64,000 nt of DNA, taken from NCBI GenBank assembly GCA_030550495.1, contig JAUQPG010000001.1, forward strand, positions 44,512 through 108,511, in the 5' to 3' direction. The notes beneath the pieces are model-generated. The model ran no database searches and was not told where the DNA came from. It saw nothing but the letters and a program-made list of their open reading frames with translations. Source of the stretch: Candidatus Bipolaricaulota bacterium (GTDB lineage Bacteria; Bipolaricaulota; Bipolaricaulia; RBG-16-55-9; DRXL01). Below are positions 48,070 through 57,289 of the stretch, one piece after another; the stretch's first letter is position 1, and each line of letters begins with the position of its first letter. Made by a program: the position numbers and the translations under genes.

Positions 48070-49485
48070 ATGAGCTATCGCATCGAGAAGGACTCCCTTG
48101 GCGAAGTCAAAGTCCCGCAGGACGCCTACTGGGGCGCGCAGACCCAACGCGCCGTCGAGAATTTCCCCATCAGCGGGGTGCGCTTCCCCCGCACGTTTAT
48201 CCGTGCGTTAGGGTTGGTGAAGCTGTGCGCTGCCAAAGTCAATGCGCAGCTGAAATTACTTGACGAGCGTCATGCTCAGGCTATCGAGCAAGCCGCCCGC
48301 GAAGTCGTCGACGGCAAATTAGATGAGCACTTCCCCATCGATATCTTTCAAACGGGTTCAGGCACCTCGACAAATATGAACGCCAACGAAGTGATTGCTA
48401 ACCGCGCGTGCGAAATTTTAGGAGTCAAGCGCGGCGACAAGACCGCCGTGCACCCCAACGATCATGTCAATCTGGGGCAGTCGTCCAATGACGTGATCCC
48501 CGCGTGCGTGCACATCTCCGCGGCGCTCGCCGTGCATGAGCAACTCCTGCCCGCTTTAGAACACTTACAGAAAGCTCTTGAAGCCAAAGCCCGCGAATTT
48601 TCAGATATCGTCAAGACCGGGCGCACACACTTGATGGACGCTATGCCCGTCACGTTGGGGCAGGAGTTTTCCGGGTACGCTGCGCAAATCGCGCTCGCGA
48701 GAGAGCGCATCGAAGCCGTGCTCCCTAGACTCTATGAGTTGGCTCTGGGGGGCACAGCTGTTGGCACGGGGATCAACACGCACCCCGAATTCGGGAAGAG
48801 AATTGCCCAAGCCCTCGCGCAAGAGACAAAAATTGCTTTTAAAGAGACGCGCAATCACTTCGCGGCGCAAGCCGCGATGGAGACTGCCGTGGAGCTGAGC
48901 GGTGCGCTGAAAGCATTGGCTATTGCACTTTACAAGATTGCTAATGATTTGCGATGGATGAACTCCGGCCCGCAAGCGGGCCTCGCGGAGATTCGGCTCC
49001 CGGCGCTCCAGCCCGGCTCTTCGATCATGCCCGGCAAAGTCAATCCCGTCATCCCCGAAGCCGTGATGATGGTCGCCATGCAAGTCATGGGCAACGACAT
49101 CGTCATTACACAAGCCGCGGCGTCGGGGAACTTCGAGCTCAATGTTGCTCTACCCGTGATCGCCCATAATCTATTGCAATCGCTGGCGATCTTGAGCAAC
49201 GCGTGCCGCGTCTTTGCCGACAAGTGTATTATGGGCATCGTCGCCAATCGCGAGCACATGGAGCGTCTCGCGAATCAGAACGCGATCCTCGCGACGGCGC
49301 TCAACCCGTATATCGGCTACGATAAAGCTGCCGAAGTCGTCAAGAGGGCGATGGCTGAAGGGAAGACGATCCGCGAGGTCGTCCTCGAGATGAAGCTCTT
49401 GCCCCCAGAAAAGCTCGACGAAGTCCTAGACGTGCGCAAGATGACTCAAGGGGGCTTCATTGCGGGTGTGGGAGGCGGTGGCTGA
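48070..49485 (+). CDS. fumC: Class II fumarate hydratase (aspartase/fumarase superfamily)
   Basis: …[21 protein letters not shown]… and the GSSxMPxKxN signature ([11 protein letters not shown]). Confidence 0.8.
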   Translation: MSYRIEKDSLGEVKVPQDAYWGAQTQRAVENFPISGVRFPRTFIRALGLVKLCAAKVNAQLKLLDERHAQAIEQAAREVVDGKLDEHFPIDIFQTGSGTSTNMNANEVIANRACEILGVKRGDKTAVHPNDHVNLGQSSNDVIPACVHISAALAVHEQLLPALEHLQKALEAKAREFSDIVKTGRTHLMDAMPVTLGQEFSGYAAQIALARERIEAVLPRLYELALGGTAVGTGINTHPEFGKRIAQALAQETKIAFKETRNHFAAQAAMETAVELSGALKALAIALYKIANDLRWMNSGPQAGLAEIRLPALQPGSSIMPGKVNPVIPEAVMMVAMQVMGNDIVITQAAASGNFELNVALPVIAHNLLQSLAILSNACRVFADKCIMGIVANREHMERLANQNAILATALNPYIGYDKAAEVVKRAMAEGKTIREVVLEMKLLPPEKLDEVLDVRKMTQGGFIAGVGGGG

Positions 49486-49509
49486 GTGCTGATCGCAGCC
49501 GAAAATCCT

Positions 49510-49941
49510 TCAGCGTTGGCCAAGCAATTCTGTGAACGTGAAAACGGAGCCGTGGACCTGTCGTGCGAGCTGTTCCGCACGCTCGCGATCGCCCAAAGCG
49601 ACAATCCCGTGGCCCATCGGCGTGTGTAGCTCCGAACTCTTGACGAAGAACGCGCTGTCAGCCTTGAGCCACGCTTCGCCTTCGTAATCGTGTACCCAGA
49701 AGACGGCAACATCTTCTCGATGGGCTTTAGAGAAGGCGAGCATATCCCCAATGTCGTCGAAGGAGCGCCACGTGCCCTCACGAGTGAGATACGCGGCGGC
49801 AAAACGCGCCTCGCTGATGATCATCCCGCACTGAGCACACCTGTCGCGCCCGTAGCGAATCTGTGGAGGGCGCTCCCGCGACGCTTGACATCCTGAGAGG
49901 CTCACAGCAACGAGCGCGACCAAAAACGCCCTGCGGGTCAT
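49510..49941 (-). CDS. nosL: NosL copper-chaperone lipoprotein
   Basis: Lipobox LSGC then …DRCAQCGMIISE…, the NosL CxxCxM signature. Confidence 0.7.
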   Translation of the reverse strand: MTRRAFLVALVAVSLSGCQASRERPPQIRYGRDRCAQCGMIISEARFAAAYLTREGTWRSFDDIGDMLAFSKAHREDVAVFWVHDYEGEAWLKADSAFFVKSSELHTPMGHGIVALGDRERAEQLARQVHGSVFTFTELLGQR

Positions 49942-50762
49942 TCCAGCGCCCCCCGATGACGAAAGATCACGACACTCAGCGCAAGAGCTGACACTGTCCA
50001 TCCCACAAGCAGCGCGAGCAAGAAGGGCACCAGCGCATCGCCAAACGCGCGCAGCGCATACAGCCCTGCCGGGCCTAAGATCTCTAAATCTCCCTGAACG
50101 ATCAAGACTGCCAAGAGCTTAAAGCTCTGTAACGGGTTGAGCAGCGCCAGACTGAAGAGCTGTCCCACGCTGAGCCGGAGCACGAGCGCTGTGCCCATGA
50201 CGCCAAGATCGCTCAAGAACACTAAGAGAAGCCAGACGAAGAGCGCTGTGCCCATCGCGGTGGCTCCCTTCCGCGCCAGCGCCGAGATCAAAAACCCCAC
50301 AGCCAAACTCAGCAAGACCAGCAATACCGTCAGGCCCCACAGCGCAAGATAGAGATCGCTCTGAACGACCCCCCCGTGCCACGCGATCAGAAGCCCGCTT
50401 ATGCCAAAGCCTGCGCTCAGCGCTGCTATCAAAGCGAAAGCCAAACCGAGATACTTCCCGATGAGCACTTCGGCGGCGCTGACGGGTTGCGCCAAGAGAA
50501 AGAGCAGCGTGCCGCGCTCGCGCTCCCCAGCGATGCTCAATGCCCCCAGGGTCAGCCCCATCAGCGGGACGATCAAGAGGATCAGATTGATAAGACTGGC
50601 TCCGGTGCGCCCAAAGCCAGCGACCCCATAACTTCCCAGAGCGCTCAGTCCCAACCACATCAATGCCGACGCTAACGCGACAAAGACGAGCGCATAGAGC
50701 CACAGCCATCTATTGCGCCGCGCCTCTCGAACCTCTCTGTGAGCAAAAAGCAGCGTGTTCAT
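49938..50762 (-). CDS. nosY: ABC-2 type permease NosY
   Basis: Six-TMS ABC-2 permease immediately downstream of the nosD-nosF ORF, with the ABC-2 hallmark …SIAGERERGTLLFLLAQPV…. Confidence 0.7.
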   Translation of the reverse strand: MNTLLFAHREVREARRNRWLWLYALVFVALASALMWLGLSALGSYGVAGFGRTGASLINLILLIVPLMGLTLGALSIAGERERGTLLFLLAQPVSAAEVLIGKYLGLAFALIAALSAGFGISGLLIAWHGGVVQSDLYLALWGLTVLLVLLSLAVGFLISALARKGATAMGTALFVWLLLVFLSDLGVMGTALVLRLSVGQLFSLALLNPLQSFKLLAVLIVQGDLEILGPAGLYALRAFGDALVPFLLALLVGWTVSALALSVVIFRHRGALE

Positions 50763-52849
50763 AAGAGCTCAGAGACCCCTCTCCCGTCAATGTGCTCGAT
50801 CTGCACCAACCGCCCTTGTTCGAGCACCAACACCCGGTCAGCAACAGCGAGGATCTCATTATGGTGATGCGACGAGAAGATCAGCGTCTTTCCGGAGCTT
50901 TTGAGTTCGTTCAGCAGCTGCAAAAACTCTTTGCGGGTCTGGGTGTCGAGGCTCGCCGTTGGCTCGTCCAGGAGCAAGATCGGCGGATCGCCTAAGAGCG
51001 CTATAGCGAGCGCTACGCGCTGCTTCATCCCCCCAGAGAGCGTGCCAATTCTTTTATGCAAGAATTTGTCAAGCCCTAAACGCTGTATCACCGGGGGAAC
51101 AGCTTCTCGCAAGACGCCCTTCAGCCGAGCAAAGAAGAGAAGAGCTTCGCCGACGGTGAAGTCGTCAGGAATCTGAATCTGTTGGGGCACGAAGCCCAGC
51201 AAGCGTCGCACTTCTTTCCCTTGCCGGTGTGGATCGAGCCCGTCAAGCGCGATGGCTCCGTCATAGCGCAGCAATCCCAACAGACAGTGCAAGACCGTAG
51301 ATTTGCCTGCGCCGTTGGGCCCCCACAGCGCGAGGGCTTCGCCTGCCCTCACCGTGAACGAGAGATTCTCAACGGCTATAACATGGCCGAAGCGCTTGGT
51401 GAGGCCGCGCACGACGATCTCCCCCTCACCCCCAGCCCCTCTCCCCTTTGAGGGAGAGGGGAGCAAGGGGTGAGGGATAAGCCAGCGCACAACGCCCCAT
51501 CCGAAGCCGATGATTAGACTGATCCCCACAAACAACAACCATCCTGTCGCTGCTTGTGGCATCCCACTCCGTAGCGATGCTGCGCGCGCGAATTCCAAGG
51601 TCGGCAGTACCGGCGTCATCAGCGGCTGCGGGTCTATAAGCTTTGGCTGCGGCTGGAAGATAGGCAAGGCCCGCGCCGCAAACTCCAACGCTTGGATCGC
51701 CGGGCTGTAGAGAAAGAGCTTCATCTGGGGGTGTCGGTCTAGTAAGTCCTCGACAAGCCGTTCAGACTTGTAGGGCAGATCGCCTAAGCCGTCGCCGTCG
51801 GCGTCATAGCCGAGATAATCCCCCCAAAAGTTTCTCTCCCAGAGGTTGCCCACCAGCTGGCCCCCGCCAGCGATCCCCACGTGCTCAAAGTTCTCGATGA
51901 AGCTATTTTCAGTGAAGAGATCCCCGCGCACCGACGGCAGCATCATCACGGCCGTCTCGTTATAGGCGAAGAGATTCTTGCGAAAGACGACCGGCGTCTC
52001 TGGAGCTGACGGCGAGTTGTCGACAAAGACCCCGACGCTGTTGTCGGCGATCACGTTCTCGGCGACAGAAACGCTATCAGAGTCTTTGAGGCCGATGCCG
52101 TAGCCGCTGGGACCGCGATGCCCTAGAGAGAGATTCTTTGCTATCGTCACGCCCCGGCTGTACATAGCGTAGATACCCACAAAGTTTTTGAGCAGCGCGT
52201 TCTCTTCTATCCGTATCTCTTGAGCATACATGAGATGGATGCCGTAGCGCCCGCCTACAAAGCGATTCCCCCACACCGACACATTCTGCGAGTACCAGAT
52301 GATAGCATCGCGGGCGTTATACGTTTCGTTCTCTTGAATGAGCACGTCGGAGCTGTACCATACGCGAATTGCGTCGCCGCGCTCGGCCTCAGAGACGTCC
52401 AACCCAACGATCTTGTTACGACGGATGACGCTCCCCGGCGCGTCCTTGAGATAGATCCCAAAGAGCACATCAGAGAGCGTATTCTCTTCGATGATCGCAC
52501 GCGGAGCTTCAACTAAGATCGCTGAGTCTTCGTGGGCCAGGCTGCGCCCAGAATTTTTGAGCACAAAGCCCTTGAGCATGACATCTGGGGCAGTGACGCG
52601 CACGATAGTGCCCTGCCCCTGGCCGTCGAGCACAGCTCCCTCACTGATTAGAGTCAGGGGTTTATCAATGACGATTGGGCCGGTGTAGACCCCTTGAGGC
52701 ACGCGCAGGGTCGCTCCTGACGGCGCAGAAGCGATCAAGGCTTGGAGGGCCCTCATCCCTGGCCCCTCTCCCGTGGGGGAGCCACGGGAGAGGGGAGCTA
52801 AGAGAGCTATGCTCACAAGCAGTATGCCTAACGCTCTAATCAGCGTCAC
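50759..52849 (-). CDS. nosD: NosD (periplasmic beta-helix) fused in one ORF to NosF (ABC ATPase); linker encoded by a palindromic repeat
   Basis: Signal peptide; parallel-beta-helix repeats (…NKIVGLDVSEAERGDAIRVWYSS…). TM segment, repeat-encoded …PHPLLPSPSKGRGAGGEGE…, then Walker A GPNGAGKST, LSGGMKQRVALA, Walker B LLLDEPTASLD. Confidence 0.7.
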   Translation of the reverse strand: MTLIRALGILLVSIALLAPLSRGSPTGEGPGMRALQALIASAPSGATLRVPQGVYTGPIVIDKPLTLISEGAVLDGQGQGTIVRVTAPDVMLKGFVLKNSGRSLAHEDSAILVEAPRAIIEENTLSDVLFGIYLKDAPGSVIRRNKIVGLDVSEAERGDAIRVWYSSDVLIQENETYNARDAIIWYSQNVSVWGNRFVGGRYGIHLMYAQEIRIEENALLKNFVGIYAMYSRGVTIAKNLSLGHRGPSGYGIGLKDSDSVSVAENVIADNSVGVFVDNSPSAPETPVVFRKNLFAYNETAVMMLPSVRGDLFTENSFIENFEHVGIAGGGQLVGNLWERNFWGDYLGYDADGDGLGDLPYKSERLVEDLLDRHPQMKLFLYSPAIQALEFAARALPIFQPQPKLIDPQPLMTPVLPTLEFARAASLRSGMPQAATGWLLFVGISLIIGFGWGVVRWLIPHPLLPSPSKGRGAGGEGEIVVRGLTKRFGHVIAVENLSFTVRAGEALALWGPNGAGKSTVLHCLLGLLRYDGAIALDGLDPHRQGKEVRRLLGFVPQQIQIPDDFTVGEALLFFARLKGVLREAVPPVIQRLGLDKFLHKRIGTLSGGMKQRVALAIALLGDPPILLLDEPTASLDTQTRKEFLQLLNELKSSGKTLIFSSHHHNEILAVADRVLVLEQGRLVQIEHIDGRGVSELL
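51423..51476. repeat. Repeat copy (d): CCCTCACCCC-cag-CCCCTCTCCCC-tttg-AGGGAGAGGGG-agcaa-GGGGTGAGGG at the NosD/NosF junction
   Basis: Nested 10-bp outer and 11-bp inner inverted repeats read directly; in-frame within ORF 50759..52849. Confidence 0.6.
52748..52795. repeat. Repeat copy (e): GGCCCTCAtCCC…CCCCTCTCCCGTGG-gggag-CCACGGGAGAGGGG; right outer arm absent
   Basis: Inner hairpin identical to copy (a). Encodes …LSRGSPTGEGPG… immediately after the NosD signal peptide. Confidence 0.5.
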
Positions 52850-53498
52850 GCTGTGCCTCCAGCGAGATTACGATCGGACCGATACGAATGGGAATCTTTT
52901 GTTCTATGGCTTGACGGATCACGCGACGGTAGTGCAGGCCGAGAGCCACTAAGAGCGCCGCTGCGACAGCAAGCCAGAAGCCGGCTTGCAGCTCGGCGAC
53001 CGTCTTGAACTGCCCCACCGTGCCTACGCCAAAGACTGGGGGAGTAAACGGCGGGATGCGCAGCGGCGCGTTGGGATCAAGCTCATGCCCATACCGATAG
53101 AGCCAGAAGTACATATCTCCCAAAAATATAGCAGGGAAGAGCATAGCGGGGAGAGCGAGCACCGCCGCCCAGCGCCGCCGCGTGTACGCGAGCGTACTGG
53201 CGAGCAACGCTGCCGCCCCAATCGCCAACGGTGCCAAGAACTTCTCGACCTGCGCGGCCTGGTTGAGCTTCTTCATCCCGACGTAATGATTGAGATTGTC
53301 TACTTCGGTGACGTCCCCTGATAGATGTGTCACGTAGACGGCGACGCGCAGCCCTCCTGGATATTGCGGCGCCATGAGCGTCAGGCTCCAATACGGGAAG
53401 AGCACCGAAAGCAACACAAGCCACGACGCGATGGTGAAAAGGGCGCGGGGAAACCGAAAGGGATCCTCCGCAAGCCATGCTCTCAATCGCTCGCTCAT
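52836..53498 (-). CDS. Polytopic membrane protein at the nosB position of clade II nos clusters (NosB-like)
   Basis: 220 aa, ~5 hydrophobic segments, no recognisable motif. Call rests on synteny between nosZ and nosD. Confidence 0.4.
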   Translation of the reverse strand: MSERLRAWLAEDPFRFPRALFTIASWLVLLSVLFPYWSLTLMAPQYPGGLRVAVYVTHLSGDVTEVDNLNHYVGMKKLNQAAQVEKFLAPLAIGAAALLASTLAYTRRRWAAVLALPAMLFPAIFLGDMYFWLYRYGHELDPNAPLRIPPFTPPVFGVGTVGQFKTVAELQAGFWLAVAAALLVALGLHYRRVIRQAIEQKIPIRIGPIVISLEAQRDAD

Positions 53499-53502
53499 AG
53501 CG

Positions 53503-55500
53503 CTAGGGCTCCACTAAGAAGTACCCGACCATCTCTAAGTGTAGCGCTGAGCAGAACTCAGTGCAGTAGAAGACGAACGTGCCGCTCTGGTCTGCGTCGA
53601 ACTCGACTGTTCCTGTCTCGCCCGGCTCTAAGCTCATATGAATATTGTATCCGCCCAGAGCAAACGCGTGAGAAGCATCGCGCGCCCGCTCGATGTTCGT
53701 GATGTGCCAGATCACGTGATCGCCCTTCTTGACAGTGATGCGCTCGGGATAGAAGTGGCTGCGCACCGCGGTCATCCAAATCTCTACAACGCGACGCCCG
53801 TTCTCATAGCGCACCTCGACGCGCTCGCGCCCAGGCTCAGTCGCATTGGGGTCCTTAGCCATCTTCACTGCGTTCCAGCCGACCTCGGGATACACTTCAA
53901 AAGGCTTGAGCTTGTCAACCTTGATCATCTGGGCGTAGTGGGGCTCGCCAATACCGATGGGCATATCATAGAGCAGTTGCATCTTCTCGCCACTGATGTC
54001 TATGAGCTGGAAGTTCTGCGGGTGGAGCGGCCCCACAGGCACGAAGCGATCGACGGACCATTTGTTGAGGGCGACAACATACTTGCCGTCAGGAGAGACC
54101 GTGTCCCCTTCCGCCGCAGCGATGTGCCCAATATTATAGTGCACCGGGAGCTTCTCGACGAGCTTCCACGGCTCTTTCCCGTCTGTACGATACGGCCCGC
54201 CTAACGTCCATTTTGCCACCGCGCTGTCCAAGAACATCGACGTATACGCGAAGCCCTTGTCGTCGTAGACCGTGTGCAACGGCCCCAAGCCGAGCTCGAC
54301 TTGCGCTTCGACGACGTCTTCAAGTCTTAAGATGGGCACGCCGTAGGCATCGCGCTCAGTTGGCCCTGCAGCAATTGCTTTCTGAATCTTCTCAAACGAA
54401 TAGACCGTCACGTGGGGATCGAGCTTGCCCCCAACCACGATATACTCCCCTCCAGGGGTGACGTCCACGCCGTGCGGGCTTTTGGGCTCCGGAGCGAAGA
54501 AGAGCACTCCAGACTGGGCCGCTGTCTCTAAGCGAATGACGCGCATCCCGCTGATTGTTTCGTATTGCCCGTTCTGGAGAAGCTCTTCAGCTTTCTTCCA
54601 ATTGATGATGTGCAGAAAGTCCATCTCGTTCTTGGCTGTGCCGGCTTCGAAGGGGGGCTTGCCTTCTTCAATGCCGCCGGTGGCCATCTCGGAATTGAAC
54701 GAGTTGCAGAAGACCCAGCCCTCAGAGACTTTCTTTCCCGCATCACACAGGTCTTGCCAATAGGGGGGCAGCTCGATCTGGAACGATCGCGCGGGATCGA
54801 CGCGCCCCTGAGCCCGATCAAATGCCCAGAACGTGATCACTCCCCGGTATTTCTCTCTGTACTCGTCAAGTGAAGCGTACTGCCAGCCCAGAGGCACGGC
54901 GTATTGCGGGCCTTCGACGACGTACTCAGTGTTAGGGGTGACAAACCCGCCGCCGTGATCGCTAATAGCGTTTGGATTCTTGAGAATCTGCTTGGTCTCG
55001 AAATCTCTCAGGTCAATCACAGCAAGTCGGGCGTTGGCCTTGTCATTAATAAAGAGAAATTGCCCGTCGTACTCGCCGTTGGTCTCGGAGAGCGCCGGGT
55101 GGTGCGTATCGCCCCAAAGAATAGGCTTGCCGTTAGCTGCGCCGCCGGCTAAGACTTCCATCGTCTCTTTTTCGCCGTAGCCGTAGCCCTGCCACGGTTC
55201 GGGCGTGAAGACGCCGATGACTTTCAGCAAGCGCATAGACGGAATCCCGATGACCAGCACTTGCCCAGAATGCCCCCCTGACGCAAAGAGAATATATTCG
55301 TCATATTTGCCTGAGGGGACATACGTCTTGAGGGCTGCTGTGATGTCATCGTGGGTCAGGCCGCGCGCTTGGGCGATCTGCAAGACTTCTGTGGGCAGGC
55401 CTGCTTGGGGTGTCTGAGCTGTCTTGGGTGCTTGCCCGCCACAGCCGACGACAAAGAGACTGAGAACGACAAGGACGACAATCGTCAGAGAATTTTTCAT
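53503..55500 (-). CDS. nosZ: Nitrous-oxide reductase NosZ, clade II (Sec/lipoprotein signal, CuA cupredoxin tail)
   Basis: Signal peptide MKNSLTIVVLVVLSLFVVGCGG (lipobox, no twin-Arg). Seven-bladed propeller body. C-terminal CuA motif HAFALGGYNIHMSLEPGETGTVEFDADQSGTFVFYCTEFCSALHLEM. Confidence 0.85.
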   Translation of the reverse strand: MKNSLTIVVLVVLSLFVVGCGGQAPKTAQTPQAGLPTEVLQIAQARGLTHDDITAALKTYVPSGKYDEYILFASGGHSGQVLVIGIPSMRLLKVIGVFTPEPWQGYGYGEKETMEVLAGGAANGKPILWGDTHHPALSETNGEYDGQFLFINDKANARLAVIDLRDFETKQILKNPNAISDHGGGFVTPNTEYVVEGPQYAVPLGWQYASLDEYREKYRGVITFWAFDRAQGRVDPARSFQIELPPYWQDLCDAGKKVSEGWVFCNSFNSEMATGGIEEGKPPFEAGTAKNEMDFLHIINWKKAEELLQNGQYETISGMRVIRLETAAQSGVLFFAPEPKSPHGVDVTPGGEYIVVGGKLDPHVTVYSFEKIQKAIAAGPTERDAYGVPILRLEDVVEAQVELGLGPLHTVYDDKGFAYTSMFLDSAVAKWTLGGPYRTDGKEPWKLVEKLPVHYNIGHIAAAEGDTVSPDGKYVVALNKWSVDRFVPVGPLHPQNFQLIDISGEKMQLLYDMPIGIGEPHYAQMIKVDKLKPFEVYPEVGWNAVKMAKDPNATEPGRERVEVRYENGRRVVEIWMTAVRSHFYPERITVKKGDHVIWHITNIERARDASHAFALGGYNIHMSLEPGETGTVEFDADQSGTFVFYCTEFCSALHLEMVGYFLVEP

Positions 55501-55502
55501 AG

Positions 55503-55955
55503 CTATCTCCTCCTTCGAGTTTTCTGCTGAGTTGTTTCACGCAGCGCGCGAGCGAGATCCTCCAGGGTCGTCCCCTGGAGATAGTTTCTGATCTGGTCGC
55601 GCACCGGCTTCCAGCGAGAGTGATGCGGGCAGGGATGCTGATCGCTGCAGCCGGCCAGCCCGATCACGCAGCTTTCCAAGGCGGCTGTGCCGTCAATCGC
55701 TTGAACGATCTCATAGAGCGTGATCTGCGAAGCCGGGCGAGCCAGGGCAAAACCCCCGTGCGGCCCGCGCGTCGAAGCGAGAATCCCTGCGCGCGTCAGC
55801 GTCTGAAAGACTTTTCCGAGAAAGTGCTGGGGAATCTTCTCGCGTTCAGCAAGCTCCTTCACCGGGCTAGGCTGTCCTGATTCTGATTGGCTGAGCGCCA
55901 GCTGGGTCAGCGCCCGGATCGCATATCCTGCCGCATTGGAGTAGAGCATCGTCAT
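55503..55955 (-). CDS. Rrf2-family (NsrR/IscR-like) transcriptional regulator with three-Cys cluster site; first gene of the nos operon
   Basis: N-terminal wHTH (…GYAIRALTQLA…PVKELAEREKIPQHFLGKVFQTL…) and C-x6-C-x5-C (ESCVIGLAGCSDQHPCP). Stop lies 2 nt before the nosZ start. Confidence 0.75.
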   Translation of the reverse strand: MTMLYSNAAGYAIRALTQLALSQSESGQPSPVKELAEREKIPQHFLGKVFQTLTRAGILASTRGPHGGFALARPASQITLYEIVQAIDGTAALESCVIGLAGCSDQHPCPHHSRWKPVRDQIRNYLQGTTLEDLARALRETTQQKTRRRR

Positions 55956-55987
55956 AATTCAGATATTCGGACCTTGATATCTGAATT
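55956..55987 (-). promoter_or_regulatory. Perfect 11-10-11 inverted repeat AATTCAGATAT-N10-ATATCTGAATT abutting the Rrf2 start codon and overlapping a TATAAT
   Basis: Read directly. On the minus strand: …gggaTATAATtcagatat-caaggtccga-atatctgaatt-ATG. Confidence 0.4.
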
Positions 55988-56051
55988 ATATCCCACAACA
56001 CAGAGGGTGCAATGATCCGCGTCATGACACGAGCTGACTCAGATCATTTTT

Positions 56052-56909
56052 CTAGTTCTTTGTTATCTGGATTTGAAAGAGCTTGGGCCAATATTTGCCC
56101 GTGACGAAGAGCCGGTCACCTTGGGCATCGTAGGCAATGCCGTTGAGCACGTCGACGCGGGCATGACGATCTTCAGGTTTCAAAAGTCCTGTTAGGTCGA
56201 TCCAACCCACGACGCGCCCCGTCTCCGGCTGAATGATCGCGATGCGATCCGTCTGCCAGACATTGGCGTAGATCAGCCCGTTAATATATTCTAATTCGTT
56301 GAGGCGCACGACTGGCCCCTTGTCGTCACGGACTTCTATGCGCCCGATCTCTTGCAGCGTCTCTGGGTCCCACACAAAGAGCGTCGCCGAGCCGTCGCTC
56401 ATAATGAGACGGGTGCCGTCGTGAGTGATCCCCCAGCCCTCCGTGGGATAAGAGAACTCTTTCAGCAATGTGAACGTCTCGCGATCGTAGACGAACCCCT
56501 TGCGATGCTGCCACGTCAGCTGAATGATCTTGTCGCCCCAGATAGTGATCCCTTCGCCGAAGATCTCATCGGGGAGCCGATGGATCTGCAAGACCTTCCC
56601 GGTCTCTAGCTCGACCTTGCGCAGGGAAGATTCCCCCCACATCCCCGTCCCTTCGTACAGAATATTGTCCTTGTAATAGACCAACCCTTGAGTAAACGCA
56701 CCAGGATCATGGGGAAAAGTCTTCAGCACTTTATAGCCGTAGACGGGGATCTCTTCCGAAATTTTCACGGCGCTGACAGCGCCCTCGTGCGTCCCAGGCA
56801 AGTATGTATAAAAGAGCAGTGCCCCGGCGAGCGCCAACAAGATGATCCCTACGATGACGAAGATCCGGTTCATGCGCATCCTTTCCATATTATTGAACGT
56901 TGAACGCAA
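56052..56909 (-). CDS. Glutaminyl-peptide cyclotransferase (beta-propeller glutamine cyclotransferase family)
   Basis: N-terminal TM anchor, then …YKVLKTFPHDPGAFTQGLVY…LYEGTGMWGESSLRKVELETGKV…GEGITIWGDKIIQLTWQHRKGFVYD… typical of the plant/bacterial glutamine cyclotransferase family. Confidence 0.65.
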   Translation of the reverse strand: MRSTFNNMERMRMNRIFVIVGIILLALAGALLFYTYLPGTHEGAVSAVKISEEIPVYGYKVLKTFPHDPGAFTQGLVYYKDNILYEGTGMWGESSLRKVELETGKVLQIHRLPDEIFGEGITIWGDKIIQLTWQHRKGFVYDRETFTLLKEFSYPTEGWGITHDGTRLIMSDGSATLFVWDPETLQEIGRIEVRDDKGPVVRLNELEYINGLIYANVWQTDRIAIIQPETGRVVGWIDLTGLLKPEDRHARVDVLNGIAYDAQGDRLFVTGKYWPKLFQIQITKN

Positions 56910-56923
56910 AACTCGGAACTCTT

Positions 56924-57262
56924 TTAGAATCCTCGCCCTACGGTATCAACGTGGACTATGTTCTCACAGACCACTACAGAACCCGTTGAGGCGACTTGAT
57001 GATCGATGCGAGTGCCATCAGAACGGGTGACGGTAACCTTGGCCACGCGCCCTCCCTTGGGGATGTATGCCACACAGCTGCCGCGCATCTCGCTCTTCCA
57101 GTCTGAAGGAGACTCGAATCTGATCTCTACAAATGGGCGCACCACTAGTTCATTGGGAATCTGCGGTTGGCTCTGCGCCGTCTGCCACAAAAACTGTACC
57201 CCGATCACCAATGCCAACAAAAACGCCACCGAACCCACGACGAACATCAGCTCGCGCTTCAT
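56924..57262 (-). CDS. Hypothetical small membrane-anchored protein
   Basis: 112 aa with an N-terminal TM helix and no recognised domain. Positioned between the glutamine cyclotransferase and rsmD. Confidence 0.3.
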   Translation of the reverse strand: MKRELMFVVGSVAFLLALVIGVQFLWQTAQSQPQIPNELVVRPFVEIRFESPSDWKSEMRGSCVAYIPKGGRVAKVTVTRSDGTRIDHQVASTGSVVVCENIVHVDTVGRGF

Positions 57263-57289
57263 TCTCTATCTCCCCCTTTCGCAAGTATT

